A stretch of 54,044 nt of DNA, taken from assembly GCA_012862495.1 (NCBI GenBank), contig BLSG01000387.1, positions 62,001-116,044 on the forward strand. Reading direction: 5' to 3'. Made by a program: the position numbers and the translations under genes. The DNA is from Thraustochytrium aureum (taxonomy: Eukaryota). Numbering within the stretch: position 1 is the first letter of the stretch; each line of letters opens with the position of its first letter. This document shows positions 1 to 11,056 of the stretch, in pieces. The notes under the pieces are model-generated. The model had not been told where the DNA came from. It made no database searches and was given only the letters and a program-made list of their open reading frames with translations.

Positions 1-314
1 CGTGGGGGGGCGCATCCTCGGCCGTCTCCAGGCCAGCAGCGCTCTGCCCTGCGACCACGCTCGCCGCCACGGCGAACGGCGCTGCAAGGTCGGTCTCGGC
101 GTTGAGTTGGCTGCTCCGCACTGCATACCCATCCTTGATGCTCGTCGGAGCGCTGGGCACGTCCCACGGCGCCGCCCAGTCGCTCGCGAGCACGCGGCCT
201 GCAGCCTTTGCCAGCGGGACTCGTTCGGCTTCCGCTCTGTCGGCTCGAGCTGCACTTCGGGCGTGTTCCAGCACGGTCGCCACCGCCTCACTCACCGGCG
301 TGAGGCCAGCCCAT
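1..314 (-). CDS. Molybdopterin molybdenumtransferase (MoeA / gephyrin E-domain / CNX1) N-terminus, partial, runs off the window
   Basis: Not in the ORF track. The minus frame reads LTPVSEAVATVLEHA...ERVPLAKAAGRVLASDWAAPWDVPSAPTSIKDGYAVRS, matching the MoeA_N motif (GRVLAxD..P..S..DGYAV). The ATG at 314 comes into frame if one G of GGG (310-312) is removed. Confidence 0.8.
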
Positions 315-752
315 CTCGCGGCTGCAGCTCTGCGCGGGCCGCGCCGTGCAGCTGCTCGCGTGACCGGACGGGCGCCGTCCTGTCCTCGGCGTCTGGGGCG
401 GTGGCGAACTGCGGTGCCGAGGCGGATTGCCGGCTTGCAAGCGAGGCGAGTCTCCAACGCGGCGGTGTTCGAAGGGCTGGCTGTCTTTGTGGGCGCTCGT
501 GAGCTGGGCCTGCGCTGCGCTGCCTGCCTGCGTGCGTGCGTGCGTGGTCGCGTGCGTGCGTGGCTGCAATCTGGGCTTTGCGTTGCAAGGTTGGAGAGTT
601 GTATTGTACAATAAATAGAACTCTCTAGCTAGCTAGAACGACGTCGAGGCGCGTTGCGACTGGCGGTTGCCGCGGCGCGCAGCAGCTGCGGCCTGCACTG
701 CAGCCGTTGTAGGCAGGCTCCGTCTGCCGCCTGGGTGCGCTCAGCGGAGGGG

Positions 753-1161
753 CTAGAGCTTGTCCTCGATTATGCCAGACTCGAGGTCGGCGGCCGGCCC
801 ACCAGATGCCACGATTTCGCCAGCGGCAGGCTCGCTCCCTTCGTCAGAGTCGGCGCCATCATCAGCAGGGTTGGAGCTTGTCGAGGTGCGGCCCGCCTCA
901 ATGGCCGAGTCACGGAGGGACCTGCTGAACGACTCGGACAAGGAGACGCCGCAGCGCTGCCAATACACCACAACAGCTGTGAGCAGGCACGTCAGAGCCA
1001 CGAAGGCGCCGACGACTGCGCCGGTGGGCGCCTTGCTGCTGCCCTCTGTCTCTTTGTCCACCACGGTGGGATCAGTTCCGCCAATGGTGGCTTGCGCGGC
1101 CGCGCAGCTGGCTGCCAAAGCTAGAACAGCGAACCGCGTGAGATCTGATTTTGACTGTCAT
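753..1161 (-). CDS. Small single-pass membrane protein (signal peptide + TM), hypothetical
   Basis: ORF 753..1118 has TM GAVVGAFVALTCLLTAVVVYW and an acidic tail. Removing one A from AAAA (1149-1152) joins AAAG-ATG at 1161 and gives the signal peptide MTVKSDLTRFAVLALAASCAAAQA. Confidence 0.6.
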
Positions 1162-2587
1162 CTTTCTGCGTTGCCCGTCCGCCTTTCGCGCCTGCTCGTT
1201 CCGCTCGCGCTCCTGAACTCCTCTGGTACCGCTCTGGAATGTGGCTTGCCGGCTCGCATCGCAAGTCGTTGCTGTCACGAACAACTCGATTCGGGTCTGC
1301 CAGCCTCATTGGCAGCTCAACTCTACTTGCAAACAGAGGCATGTCGCAAAGTGCTCGCCAAGCACTGGAGGCGGGCGCCTCCTTTGCCTGCCTTCATGCA
1401 GCAGCGCAGAGCCAACTTGCCACCACGACCACGACATTGATCAGCTCAGGCTCGTCCCTCTCTCTCAGGCCCATCCTACGAATCGGCGACCACAATGAAT
1501 TCCGAGTCGGCGACCACCACGACACGAAACTGGTACTCACCGGCCGACTCCCTCACAGCCGCTCGCCCCTTGGGGTTGGTTTATCTGGGCCGCTTTCCGC
1601 GGCGCCGCGCTGTTCGTCTGTTGTTGCGCAGTTTCTTCTCCCTGCAGCCGACGACCAAGAGGTAGGTAGGCGCTCCCGACCCTGTTGGGAGGAGGAGCCT
1701 GGCCTCCGCTCGCTTGTCGGTCTGCCTGCAGGCCAAGCCACACAGTCAAGCCTGCAGAAGGCAAGTATGTAGTAGTGGTCCGCTCGTTCGTTCGCCCTGC
1801 TGTGTGGCCGGACACGCGCGAGGGAATCCGCGTTGAGGAGCCCTGGTGGAAATCGAGTCCAGCGACGCCCGGGTGAAGATACCAAAGACATCTATCAGTA
1901 CCGGTACCTACTCCACCACGAGCTGGAGAAGAGCCGACCCTCGAGCGCGCTTGCTCGGACGCTTCGCTGGGCTGCCTTGCTTCGCTCTGCTCAGGCTGGT
2001 GGCCCGAGACGCAGGTTTCTGCCGTTTCTGTAGGGTGGTGCTGGTCGAGGTGTGCGTTTTTCGTAGGGTGGCTCGCGTCCCTTTGTGCCAAGGTGGCGCA
2101 GTTTGTAGGGTGGCTCCATTGCCTGCGAGGTGGTGAGAGCTTGGGACGCGGGCTGCACGCCGAAGAGAGAAACTTCCCCGCGCCCGCGCTCCTGCTCCGG
2201 CTGTCCTGACGCCGCTCGCACCGGGATCGGCCAGTCAACGCTGCGGCGAGTCGGCATTTCCTTCCTTTTGCAACGGTCGGGGCGAGGACTCGGCCTGGGA
2301 GCGTCGCACGCCTGCGCTCCATCTCACTCTAGAGCTAGTAGCAGTGCGGNNNNNNNNNNNNNNNNNNNNNNNNNNNNNNNNNNNNNNNNNNNNNNNNNNN
2401 NNNNNNNNNNNNNNNNNNNNNNNNNNNNNNNNNNNNNNNNNNNNNNNNNNNNNNNNNNNNNNNNNNNNNNNNNNNNNNNNNNNNNNNNNNNNNNNNNNNN
2501 NNNNNNNNNNNNNNNNNNNNNNNNNNNNNNNNNNGGTTATCAAGGTGGATCCTCCTTGCCGCTATCTACTTGTTGTCGTGACGAGCG

Positions 2588-5167
2588 CTACTTTCGCGAG
2601 CAGCGCGACGCAGCCCAGCTGCACAGTCCACTTGTTTTTGTGTTGCAAAAGACGACGCTGCCGATTTCGCTGCAGGCTGTTTCGAGCCAGTCACTAGTAC
2701 CGGTACTACTACCGCGACCGCAGTTGCACGCCTCGGTCGGCGACCTCGTTGGAGCGGGCGTCAGCGGCAGGCACACCTTGCTCGTATTTTCCCAACCGCA
2801 CTTGCTCCTCGAGTTTTTCTTGCAAGGTCCTTTGCTGGCGAACCCGCTGCAGAACCCATCAAGGTCTGTCGGTGACTTTGTCGGGAAGGGGGTGGGCGCT
2901 TTCGTGGGGCCATCGTGGCGCGGACGCTCGAACCGCGTGTGGCAAACACCTGTCTTTGCGCCACCGCGCCAGCGGCAGCGTGGGACAAGTTCGCGACAGG
3001 TTTTCGTGGTGCGAAACTCGTTGCAGAATGCTTCCTCGTCCTCCCACTCGTCAAAGGTAATGGGGGCCATCGTCGGTTGCACGGTCGGCGTGTCGGTCGC
3101 AGAGGGTATGCACTGGCCGCCACTGAAACGGCAGCGCTGGTCCAAGTTGCATGGCTTTTTCGCAGCTATCGCGGCGCAGTACGTCGCATCATTGAGCTCG
3201 CTCTTGATGTGAATCGCCAAGCCGCCTTCATCTGACTCAACTGCGAGGATCACCATTTCCCCATCGCCGACGTCCACTGGCGACAGCGCGTTCACGTGGT
3301 CGACGGCTATCGAGCCCAGGGCGACGGGTTCGTCAGCACCGAACTTGAGCGTGACAGAAAGGGTGCCAGACGAATCCGCTGACTGGTACCTCAGAACGCG
3401 CATGTCGTAGGTTGGCGAGCCAAAGCCAGAGGGCGGGAAGGCGACTTTGAGAGTGGCACCCCCTTTCACGTCAAGCGCGCCAGCCACCTCCATCACTGCG
3501 TACACGTCGGAGTCGCTAGCATTTAGCTGAAGCTCAGCCAAGTAACCCATCGCCAGGAACTGTGTATTTTCCACCGTGGCAACGCTCGAAAGCTCGAGCC
3601 GCGCAACACCCCACGGTGCTTCCCCGCAGAGACGGCGGCGCCCGGGCTCGGCGTTTGCGCGAAGACACCGTGGCTGAAGTTTCCGCGCAGCGTGCTTGGC
3701 GGATACCCGGACACTGTCGTCTTCTTCACTCCCTAGTCGGCGTGTGTCGATTTTCACCAGGGCGTCAATGGTTGACGATGAGCCGATGAGGATTTTGTGC
3801 ACATCTTTGAGGCCAGTGTGGACGATCACTTCTACATGCATTTCGAGCGGACCTTCAGGGTAGTGGTAATCCGGTATGACACCAATTGCAAGGTCGGAGA
3901 CGTCGTTGGGGCCGTTCAAAATGTTCCTGTTGTCGGTTTCGGTCGTCGCGTTTGCCATTATGATTGAGCCCGCAACCTCCAGACGGGCTGAAATGGCCCC
4001 ATACTTTTCCCATGGCCTGTCCGTTCTGAAGTAACTGAACAAATTAGGTACAACAATCTCCCCGAACTGCGAGACGTCCTGGCCGACAAGCAAGTGTACG
4101 TCGACAGTGGCGTAGATCTCCATCGCCCCGACGTCTAAGATTGGGAGGGTAAGAGGTTTACCGTGCAGGTGACCGTCGATGCGCAGGTCTGCAAAGGCCC
4201 GTGTTTGGTCCGGGACAAAGTTGTACTTCCCGGACAAGCTCGAGGCCATGCCGAGATGCAAACCAACGCCAACCGGGCCAACGTCGCCTTTGACTCTCAT
4301 GGTAGTCGTCGCGCTGCAGCTCTGAAACGTCCAGTATTGCGAACACGACTGTACCGAGTAGTTACCTGCTACCACACCGATTTCGAGGGAGTTTGCCACC
4401 ACGACGTTTCCGTCAACTGTAACACTTGCTTCGGCTGTTTGGTCGCCTTCGCAAGTCATGGTACTGGCTGGATTACGGCCAAAAACACCACCGAACGTGC
4501 CTTCGCCCACCCATATGTCGCCTCCAACGACAAGTGTCCCGTTTGCTGAGCTTGAAGAACGGCGGCTTACACCGCAACTGATCGACTCGGCGATGAGAGA
4601 GCCGTCTGTTTGAATCGAGCCAACTGCACGCGTCTCGTTGCCGGTGATGGCATCTCCGCTGGTGCCGCCGGAAACCACGTTAGTCCACCTGTAATCTGTG
4701 ATGCCCTCGACTTGTTCAAACGTAACCGTTCCAAAAGCCGACTCGCCGTTTCCTGCCAAAATCCCTGCCAAGAGATCAACGCCTAAAGTTCCTTGGCGCA
4801 AACTCAAGGTGCTCTGTCGCACCACGAGTTCGCCATGCGCGTCGGGCGTACCGACTTGAGCCCCAACGGAGAGATCACCATAGTCCGTCAAGTCTACCGC
4901 GGGAACCTCTGCGCCATGCAAAGTAATGTTCGACCCTTCTACACTCAGCACTCCGGTCTCGACCCGCACGCTGAAGGCGACGACATCCGCTAGCGTCATC
5001 GTGACTGTCGAATTGTTGGTGATAAGCGCTGGGACGGAGGCGCTCGGCACGTTGTCCCAATTGCCAGCATCGCCCCATGAGCCGGTGAGTCCGGACGAGA
5101 ACTCAGCGACCTGGCTGACACTGGCGTCGTACAACCACGATTCTTGGCTAGTCCATGCGTTGCCCAT
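2588..5167 (-). CDS. Large putative extracellular protein: Gly/Val/Thr beta-rich region followed by four Cys-rich modules with PT-rich linkers
   Basis: 859-aa ORF. GSWGDAGNWDNVP motif, LxVxG-type beta strands, C-terminal modules (CAAIAAKKPC..CRF..C; CNEFRTTKTC..CRW..C; CSGFASKGPC..CGW..C; CSEIG..C..CSW..C) and PTKAPTPFPTKSPT linkers. True start uncertain. Confidence 0.75.
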   Translation of the reverse strand: MGNAWTSQESWLYDASVSQVAEFSSGLTGSWGDAGNWDNVPSASVPALITNNSTVTMTLADVVAFSVRVETGVLSVEGSNITLHGAEVPAVDLTDYGDLSVGAQVGTPDAHGELVVRQSTLSLRQGTLGVDLLAGILAGNGESAFGTVTFEQVEGITDYRWTNVVSGGTSGDAITGNETRAVGSIQTDGSLIAESISCGVSRRSSSSANGTLVVGGDIWVGEGTFGGVFGRNPASTMTCEGDQTAEASVTVDGNVVVANSLEIGVVAGNYSVQSCSQYWTFQSCSATTTMRVKGDVGPVGVGLHLGMASSLSGKYNFVPDQTRAFADLRIDGHLHGKPLTLPILDVGAMEIYATVDVHLLVGQDVSQFGEIVVPNLFSYFRTDRPWEKYGAISARLEVAGSIIMANATTETDNRNILNGPNDVSDLAIGVIPDYHYPEGPLEMHVEVIVHTGLKDVHKILIGSSSTIDALVKIDTRRLGSEEDDSVRVSAKHAARKLQPRCLRANAEPGRRRLCGEAPWGVARLELSSVATVENTQFLAMGYLAELQLNASDSDVYAVMEVAGALDVKGGATLKVAFPPSGFGSPTYDMRVLRYQSADSSGTLSVTLKFGADEPVALGSIAVDHVNALSPVDVGDGEMVILAVESDEGGLAIHIKSELNDATYCAAIAAKKPCNLDQRCRFSGGQCIPSATDTPTVQPTMAPITFDEWEDEEAFCNEFRTTKTCRELVPRCRWRGGAKTGVCHTRFERPRHDGPTKAPTPFPTKSPTDLDGFCSGFASKGPCKKNSRSKCGWENTSKVCLPLTPAPTRSPTEACNCGRGSSTGTSDWLETACSEIGSVVFCNTKTSGLCSWAASRCSRK

Positions 5168-6504
5168 TCTTCGTGTGCTGCGTTAGATTCTGCTGAGCAA
5201 CAGCCTTCGAAGTCGTCAATCCGATTGCTTCGTTCACACGCGACCGATGCTGGCTTCTCGTCTTCTATCCGACTCGCCGTTGAGGGTCTGCTACTGGCAG
5301 ACCGACTGATGGTTTCGTTTGTCAACAATGACTGGAAGTTGCTTTGCCGTCGTCTGTTGCGGCTCGCCTATTCAGTCAGCGGATCCCGCTCTGGTCAACG
5401 CACAGCGTTGCACTGTTCTGTCCTGTCGAAAGCCTCGAACAAGAGACGGACGTTTCAAATGTTCCTCAAGCTCGAGTAGGCCCTGGAGATTGCAGGCGCA
5501 ATCTCAACAGACAGCCCGCCTCGTGCTCTCTGCTGTCCGTTGGGTTTGCCCGTTGATTTGTCGCAAGGCAACTCGGCACTGCTCTCAGCCCTCGCCAGGG
5601 CGCGAGGCAACGGCAACGGAAGAAAGCATGGGCTGAGTTTGTGCGTCAGAGCAGAGCAGAGCAGTTGGCATCCCTTTGCCCGCAGGGGATTCGTCACGGA
5701 AACGTCGTCTCGGAGTGGCTTTGAACACCATGTCTACCAGCAGCGACTCGAGCGGCTTTTTAATTAACTGTCGCCGTCCGGCCGATCGTCGCTTCTTTAT
5801 GCCGTTTTGCTCACGCGGCGGCCAAGTTTTGCGTTTGAAGGGCTGCCATTCCCTCTGGTCCTGTAGCCCCTGCGCTCTATCTCACTAGCTAGTGTAGCAG
5901 TGCGCNNNNNNNNNNNNNNNNNNNNNNNNNNNNNNNNNNNNNNNNNNNNNNNNNNNNNNNNNNNNNNNNNNNNNNNNNNNNNNNNNNNNNNNNNNNNNNN
6001 NNNNNNNNNNNNNNNNNNNNNNNNNNNNNNNNNNNNNNNNNNNNNNNNNNNNNNNNNNNNNNNNNNNNNNNNNNNNNNNNNNNNNNNNNNNNNNNNNNNN
6101 NNNNNNNNNNNNNNNNNNNNNNNNNNNNNNNNNNNNNNNNNNNNNNNNNNNNNNNNNNNNNNNNNNNNNNNNNNNNNNNNNNNNNNNNNNNNNNNNNNNN
6201 NNNNNNNNNNNNNNNNNNNNCTCTCTCTTTCGAGCTAGAGCTTGCAGTGCTCCCTCGGGTTGGTTTCCGGCTCGTGCGTTGGAGACGAGCATGCCAACTC
6301 GCCTTTGTACGTACTTTCCGGAGCCTACCGAATTGGGCGCGCGGCTTGCCGAGGACCAAGCCCAACGCAGCGCCGAAATGAGACGAGGGACACGACCAAG
6401 ATCATTAGACACATCGAGTTGAGCTTCGGTACTCGTTCTACTTGCAGTCTCTGAAAGCGAATCGGGTGCCGCCAAGGCCTAGGTTGGAGGACGGACGGCC
6501 TCGA

Positions 6505-8148
6505 TCAGATAATCAAGTCGTGATCGACCGGACCGCCCTTCCCACTCGAGCTTGCAATTGCTGAGGCCTCAGGCTCTGGCTTGCTCATCATCAAGCGGTG
6601 AATTGGAACCACAACAACCACAACGACGGTGATCGCCACGCCACCGTAAAATGCTCCTTGGAGCCTGCTATGCGTAGACTCGCCAAGGAGGCCCCGAGAG
6701 ATGTCGAGGCCAAGGAAGGCCACGTAGGCGCCCAATCCAACGAGAATCGCAGCAAAGAGCAAGTGCGAGCCAAACCAGATAGCGCGCTTCCCCTCGACGT
6801 GGCGCAGAAACACTGCAAAGACCGGCTGCAGCAGCGCAATGATGAGCACGAAAAGGCCCAGCTGCTTGTGGAGAGTGTCGAAATGAGTTTCCTGAACAGC
6901 CATCGCTAGGGCTCCACCGACGAGTGTGGCAGCAACTGCGAACATCTGCAGGCCACGATGCAGCGGAAACCAGGCAGAGCCAATCTTAAGCCGAAGAACC
7001 GAGGGTATTGCCCCAATCGGCATCAAATAAAGCAAGGCACCGACCATGAGCGAGCCGTGCGCGAGGATTCCAGTCCGCACCGAGATGCCGTCCACCTCGT
7101 CGTCCAGCACTGCGAGGCCGGAGAAAGCGAGGGCGCTGCTTTCACGGACGTCGTGCGTGTCGAGACTGTCGCTTGACCCGTACGCGAGGATGATCCTGTT
7201 GCCGTTGGTGAGATCGATAGGAACTTGACCAATGGCCGTGGCGCGAAACGCGAGCTTTAGCATGCCGCCTTCCTTGGTAAAGGACGGTTCGGAGATGGAT
7301 GATACCGAGAGCGGCTTGGCGCCAGACACTTGTTTGCTCTCCAGCAAGTATTCGGCAACCGCACCAGGGAGTGACGGGTTGGCTTGGGCATCGAGCCCAA
7401 TCACGCACGGGCTCCCGACCATTAGGCCGGTCTCACTGAAGCCGATGGAGAGCCAGCCTGCGCTTGCTTTGTACGTGAGCTCCAGGTCGACGGCGTCGTT
7501 CTCCGGGTCGGTGACGAACGTGATGGTTCCCTTGCCCCCGAGAACCGTCTGCGTCCCTCGCACAGGCTTGGGCTTTTCGGTCGGCGCGCTCGTTGGGGAC
7601 GAGGTCGGCAGCGCCCCCGCGCTTGATGAAGGGGGATCGGATGGCGTGTTTGGTTCAGTGCTGGCCCATGCCACATTCGTGAGCACAAGTTGTTTAAAAT
7701 GTCCAGCATTGTTGGTACTGTCCGTGCCATGGACAATAACAACGCGCTCGGTTCCGTCGAGTAAAAAATTTCGACCTGCGATGGAGGATGCTGTGAAACT
7801 CAGGCGCAGCTTGCCATTGGCTGCGAACGACTCGTCTTGGATGGTGCTGGCTCCCTGGTAGTTCTTAACGACGTTCACGCCAGTGAGCTCGACTTCACCA
7901 GTTTCGCTGCCGCGTCCACCGGTCACGCCGACGCCGCCACTCATGCCGGGGTTCGGGTTCAAGACGAAGCCAACCCACCCATTCGCCGCTTCGTACACGA
8001 GCGATATGGCGACCTTGTCGTCTTGAAGGAGTTCGTACGAGAGCGTGCCCAAGTCCTCTGGCAAGTTGATCACTGTCACAGCCGCGCTCGTGCGGTCTGC
8101 GAGCAGTCCAAGCACCGCGGCCGCGCCAGCTGCCTTGGTCCACCACAT
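6505..8148 (-). CDS. DOMON x2 + cytochrome b561 ferric-chelate reductase-like protein
   Basis: Signal peptide MWWTKAAGAAAVLGLLA. DOMON motifs GWVGF..GM and GWLSIGFS..LMVGS...IILAYG..H. b561 heme His in AHGSLM, WFPLHRGLQ, TLHKQLG and WFGSHLL. Confidence 0.88.
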   Translation of the reverse strand: MWWTKAAGAAAVLGLLADRTSAAVTVINLPEDLGTLSYELLQDDKVAISLVYEAANGWVGFVLNPNPGMSGGVGVTGGRGSETGEVELTGVNVVKNYQGASTIQDESFAANGKLRLSFTASSIAGRNFLLDGTERVVIVHGTDSTNNAGHFKQLVLTNVAWASTEPNTPSDPPSSSAGALPTSSPTSAPTEKPKPVRGTQTVLGGKGTITFVTDPENDAVDLELTYKASAGWLSIGFSETGLMVGSPCVIGLDAQANPSLPGAVAEYLLESKQVSGAKPLSVSSISEPSFTKEGGMLKLAFRATAIGQVPIDLTNGNRIILAYGSSDSLDTHDVRESSALAFSGLAVLDDEVDGISVRTGILAHGSLMVGALLYLMPIGAIPSVLRLKIGSAWFPLHRGLQMFAVAATLVGGALAMAVQETHFDTLHKQLGLFVLIIALLQPVFAVFLRHVEGKRAIWFGSHLLFAAILVGLGAYVAFLGLDISRGLLGESTHSRLQGAFYGGVAITVVVVVVVPIHRLMMSKPEPEASAIASSSGKGGPVDHDLII

Positions 8149-9310
8149 GGTCCTTGCTGCCTCGACAGGGCTGGAGCTCGGGTCAACGCTCTGCGTCTTA
8201 TCAAGCAACGATCGGGATCTGCGAGGCTCTGGCTGGGCCTGTTGCCAAGACAAGGCGAGCACTGCCACAGCGCAGTTTTACCNNNNNNNNNNNNNNNNNN
8301 NNNNNNNNNNNNNNNNNNNNNNNNNNNNNNNNNNNNNNNNNNNNNNNNNNNNNNNNNNNNNNNNNNNNNNNNNNNNNNNNNNNNNNNNNNNNNNNNNNNN
8401 NNNNNNNNNNNNNNNNNNNNNNNNNNNNNNNNNNNNNNNNNNNNNNNNNNNNNNNNNNNNNNNNNNNNNNNNNNNNNNNNNNNNNNNNNNNNNNNNNNNN
8501 NNNNNNNNNNNNNNNNNNNNNNNNNNNNNNNNNNNNNNNNNNNNNNNNNNNNNNNNNNNNNNNNNNNNNNNNNNNNNNNNNNNNNNNNNNNNNNNNNNNN
8601 NNNNNNNNNNNNNNNNNNNNNNNNNNNNNNNNNNNNNNNNNNNNNNNNNNNTCCATTGATGCGAGGAAGGGGTGCTGGGTGTACACACACGAGAAAAAAG
8701 CACGAGAAAAAAAGCAGGTACTAAGCAAGTACTCGTGCAGTGGATAGGCCTCCTTGGCGACATCTCGGCCTCGGCCATGGACTCGAGCATTGTCGATGCT
8801 CGAGTTCGCCGGCCGATCGCGCTGGCTGGCACTGGTGGGTCGCCAGCCGATCGCGCTGGCTACTACCGGTACTAGTATACTGGTTACTCGTTAGAGTACT
8901 CTACCGTTCACTCATGGCCGACTCGGCACCGTTCGTTCATTCGGGCGACTCGGACAAGTCGGTCGGATCGCCGAGGAGATTGCCTGCGAGCGCTCGTGGC
9001 CTCCCTTGCTGCGAGCACAGCCCGAGCTGCTAGCGGGCGCCTCGCGCCATCCATGGCCGCAATACGATGTGGATTCTGATTCGTTACGACTTTACGCCTA
9101 CCAGTAGTCCTACTGTAGCTGGGTGACTGGAGCGAGCGCTGGGTCGCGCGCGAGATACAACCGGGGTGCGGGAGCGGCGGCCCTGGGTTGACGCCCCGGT
9201 GCCGATCGCTTCGCCACGTCTATACTCTGAGGTGGTAGAGTAGGGCATCGCGGCAACGCGCTCCAAGATCGCCCGGCGCTCAAAAGTTGTCCTTCAGCAG
9301 CACAACAAGG

Positions 9311-9999
9311 ATGACTCCGCCTACCAGCAGAAGAAACGTGCCCGCCCCGACCAGCGCAAAGTACGCCATGTTGGAGGAATGGGTCGTCGATGCCAGCCCC
9401 TGCTCCACCGACGAGTCTGTCACTTGAGAGATCTCAACATCCGTCTTGGCCGACCTCATCTTGCACCGGCAGCCTCCCTCGTCGGCCGGCGAGCCGTCCC
9501 TGGCACAGCCCTGCTCTCCCGCTGCGCGCTCGCGGGCGCGCTCCGGTGGTCGATTCGAACGCGCGGAGCAGGACGGGCCCTCAAAAAGTCAACCAACCAA
9601 TCCCCTTGGAGGCCGGGGCCGACGGCTCGTCGCGCTCGCGCAGTCGGGCCTCGCCGACGCAAGCAAGTGCGCGCCCTTCGCCGCTGCGGAGCCTCGCGTG
9701 CGCGCCGCCGTTGCTTGTCTGCGCGGCTCGTTCACGCGTCAAGCTGGACACTTGTGCGCACACCTTCGCGTGGGCAGGCAAGTCACATGATGTACCCACT
9801 CGAGTACTCCATGTCATCAGGCGACTGCCTGCTCGCCGAGTACGCTCCACATGAGCGGGTTCGTCGCCGGGCCGAGTTGTTCGCAGAGCTCAGGCAGGCC
9901 GGGATGCTGGGCGCAGCGCATGGCCCCTCTGCGCGCGCGACCTGCATTGGCGGCGGCAGCGACTCGGATCGGCCCAAGCTGCTGTCTTCTTTCAATTGA
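9311..9999 (+). CDS. Possible hypothetical gene or pseudogene with frame disruptions
   Basis: Good start context (CAACAAGG-ATG) and overlapping coding-like frames ending ...LLSSFN*, convergent with the ECI gene. Contains an in-frame TGA and frame switches; no recognisable domain. Confidence 0.25.
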
Positions 10000-10056
10000 G
10001 CGAAAGAAAGAACGGCTGGGTTCGGGCTGGGTTATGACAAATGCTACTCGTGTTGC

Positions 10057-10866
10057 TCAGAGCTTGGAGGCGCGCACGGCCTGCGCGACCTCAGAGTCGG
10101 GGCCCGTCGACCGCGCGTCCAAGAGAGCCATCTCACGCTGGTGCACGGCCTCGAGGCGGGCGATCGTGGCCTCGTCGCGGCTCAGGGACTTGAAAAGCTG
10201 AAGCGAGCGGCCCGCGTTAAAGGCCTTGAGCGTCGGCGCAAGCTGCTCGAGCACGAGCTCCAAGAAATTGTCGCCTGCGGGAAAGAGGCGCGACACGAAC
10301 CCAGCGGCCTTGGCCTCCTGCGCAGAGAGGCGGCGGCCGAACATGAGCATCTCGTTCGCGAGCGATTTGCCGAGGAGCTCAGGAAAGGTGACCGACGAGC
10401 AAAACTCTGGGCAAACGCAGAGGTTGGTGAAAGGGGTCCAAAAGTACGCCTTGTCACTCGCGAAGACCAGGTCGCAGTGTGGAAGCAGCGTGCAGCCCAC
10501 GCCTACAGCAGGGCCGTTCACGGCAGCGACCAGGGGCTTTTTGAACCGGATCACCGCCGACATAAACCTGCCGACAGGGTCGTACAGCGAGCCGTGGCGC
10601 GACTTTAGCGGGCCTACCATTGGGTCAAAGCCCTGCTCCAGGTCTGCGCCCGTGCAAAAGAAGCGCCCCTTGCCGGTCACGACGACCAGCTTGCAGGCCT
10701 CGTCGGCCTCGGCTTGCGCAAGGAACTCGATCATCATCTCGTACATGTAGTCCTGCACGGCATTCTTCTTCGCTTCGCGCTCCAGCCGCAGGACGCCAAC
10801 GCCTTGGGCGTTCACCTCGAACGTGACCACGGGCGTCCCGTCTTCGACCCTGCCGATGGTCCCCAT
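10057..10866 (-). CDS. Peroxisomal enoyl-CoA delta-isomerase (crotonase family, ECI2-like)
   Basis: KKNA, GKGRFFCTGADL, KKPLVAAVNGPAVGVG, PFTNLCVCPEFCSS; C-terminal PTS1 SKL. Confidence 0.92.
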   Translation of the reverse strand: MGTIGRVEDGTPVVTFEVNAQGVGVLRLEREAKKNAVQDYMYEMMIEFLAQAEADEACKLVVVTGKGRFFCTGADLEQGFDPMVGPLKSRHGSLYDPVGRFMSAVIRFKKPLVAAVNGPAVGVGCTLLPHCDLVFASDKAYFWTPFTNLCVCPEFCSSVTFPELLGKSLANEMLMFGRRLSAQEAKAAGFVSRLFPAGDNFLELVLEQLAPTLKAFNAGRSLQLFKSLSRDEATIARLEAVHQREMALLDARSTGPDSEVAQAVRASKL

Positions 10867-11056
10867 CGCTCAAGCGCGAGCCACGCAGCAGCCTCGCCCA
10901 GCTCTGCCCCGTCCAGCAAACCTCGACCAGCTCTTCCGCGCAAAGACGTGCCGAGCTGCTCTCGACCTGGCTGGCTGATAGCTGACTCTGCTCACGCTGT
11001 CGCCACACTCTGCTGGCCTGGACGTCACACCATCGGACTGACCCTCGTCGATTTTC

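Noticed and set aside
3600..3740. Compensating frameshift pair inside the 859-aa ORF
   Set aside because: The alternative frame is plausible but cannot be discriminated without homologues or reads.
9311..9460. In-frame TGA as selenocysteine or readthrough
   Set aside because: No redox motif or recognisable SECIS; the region has other frame disruptions.
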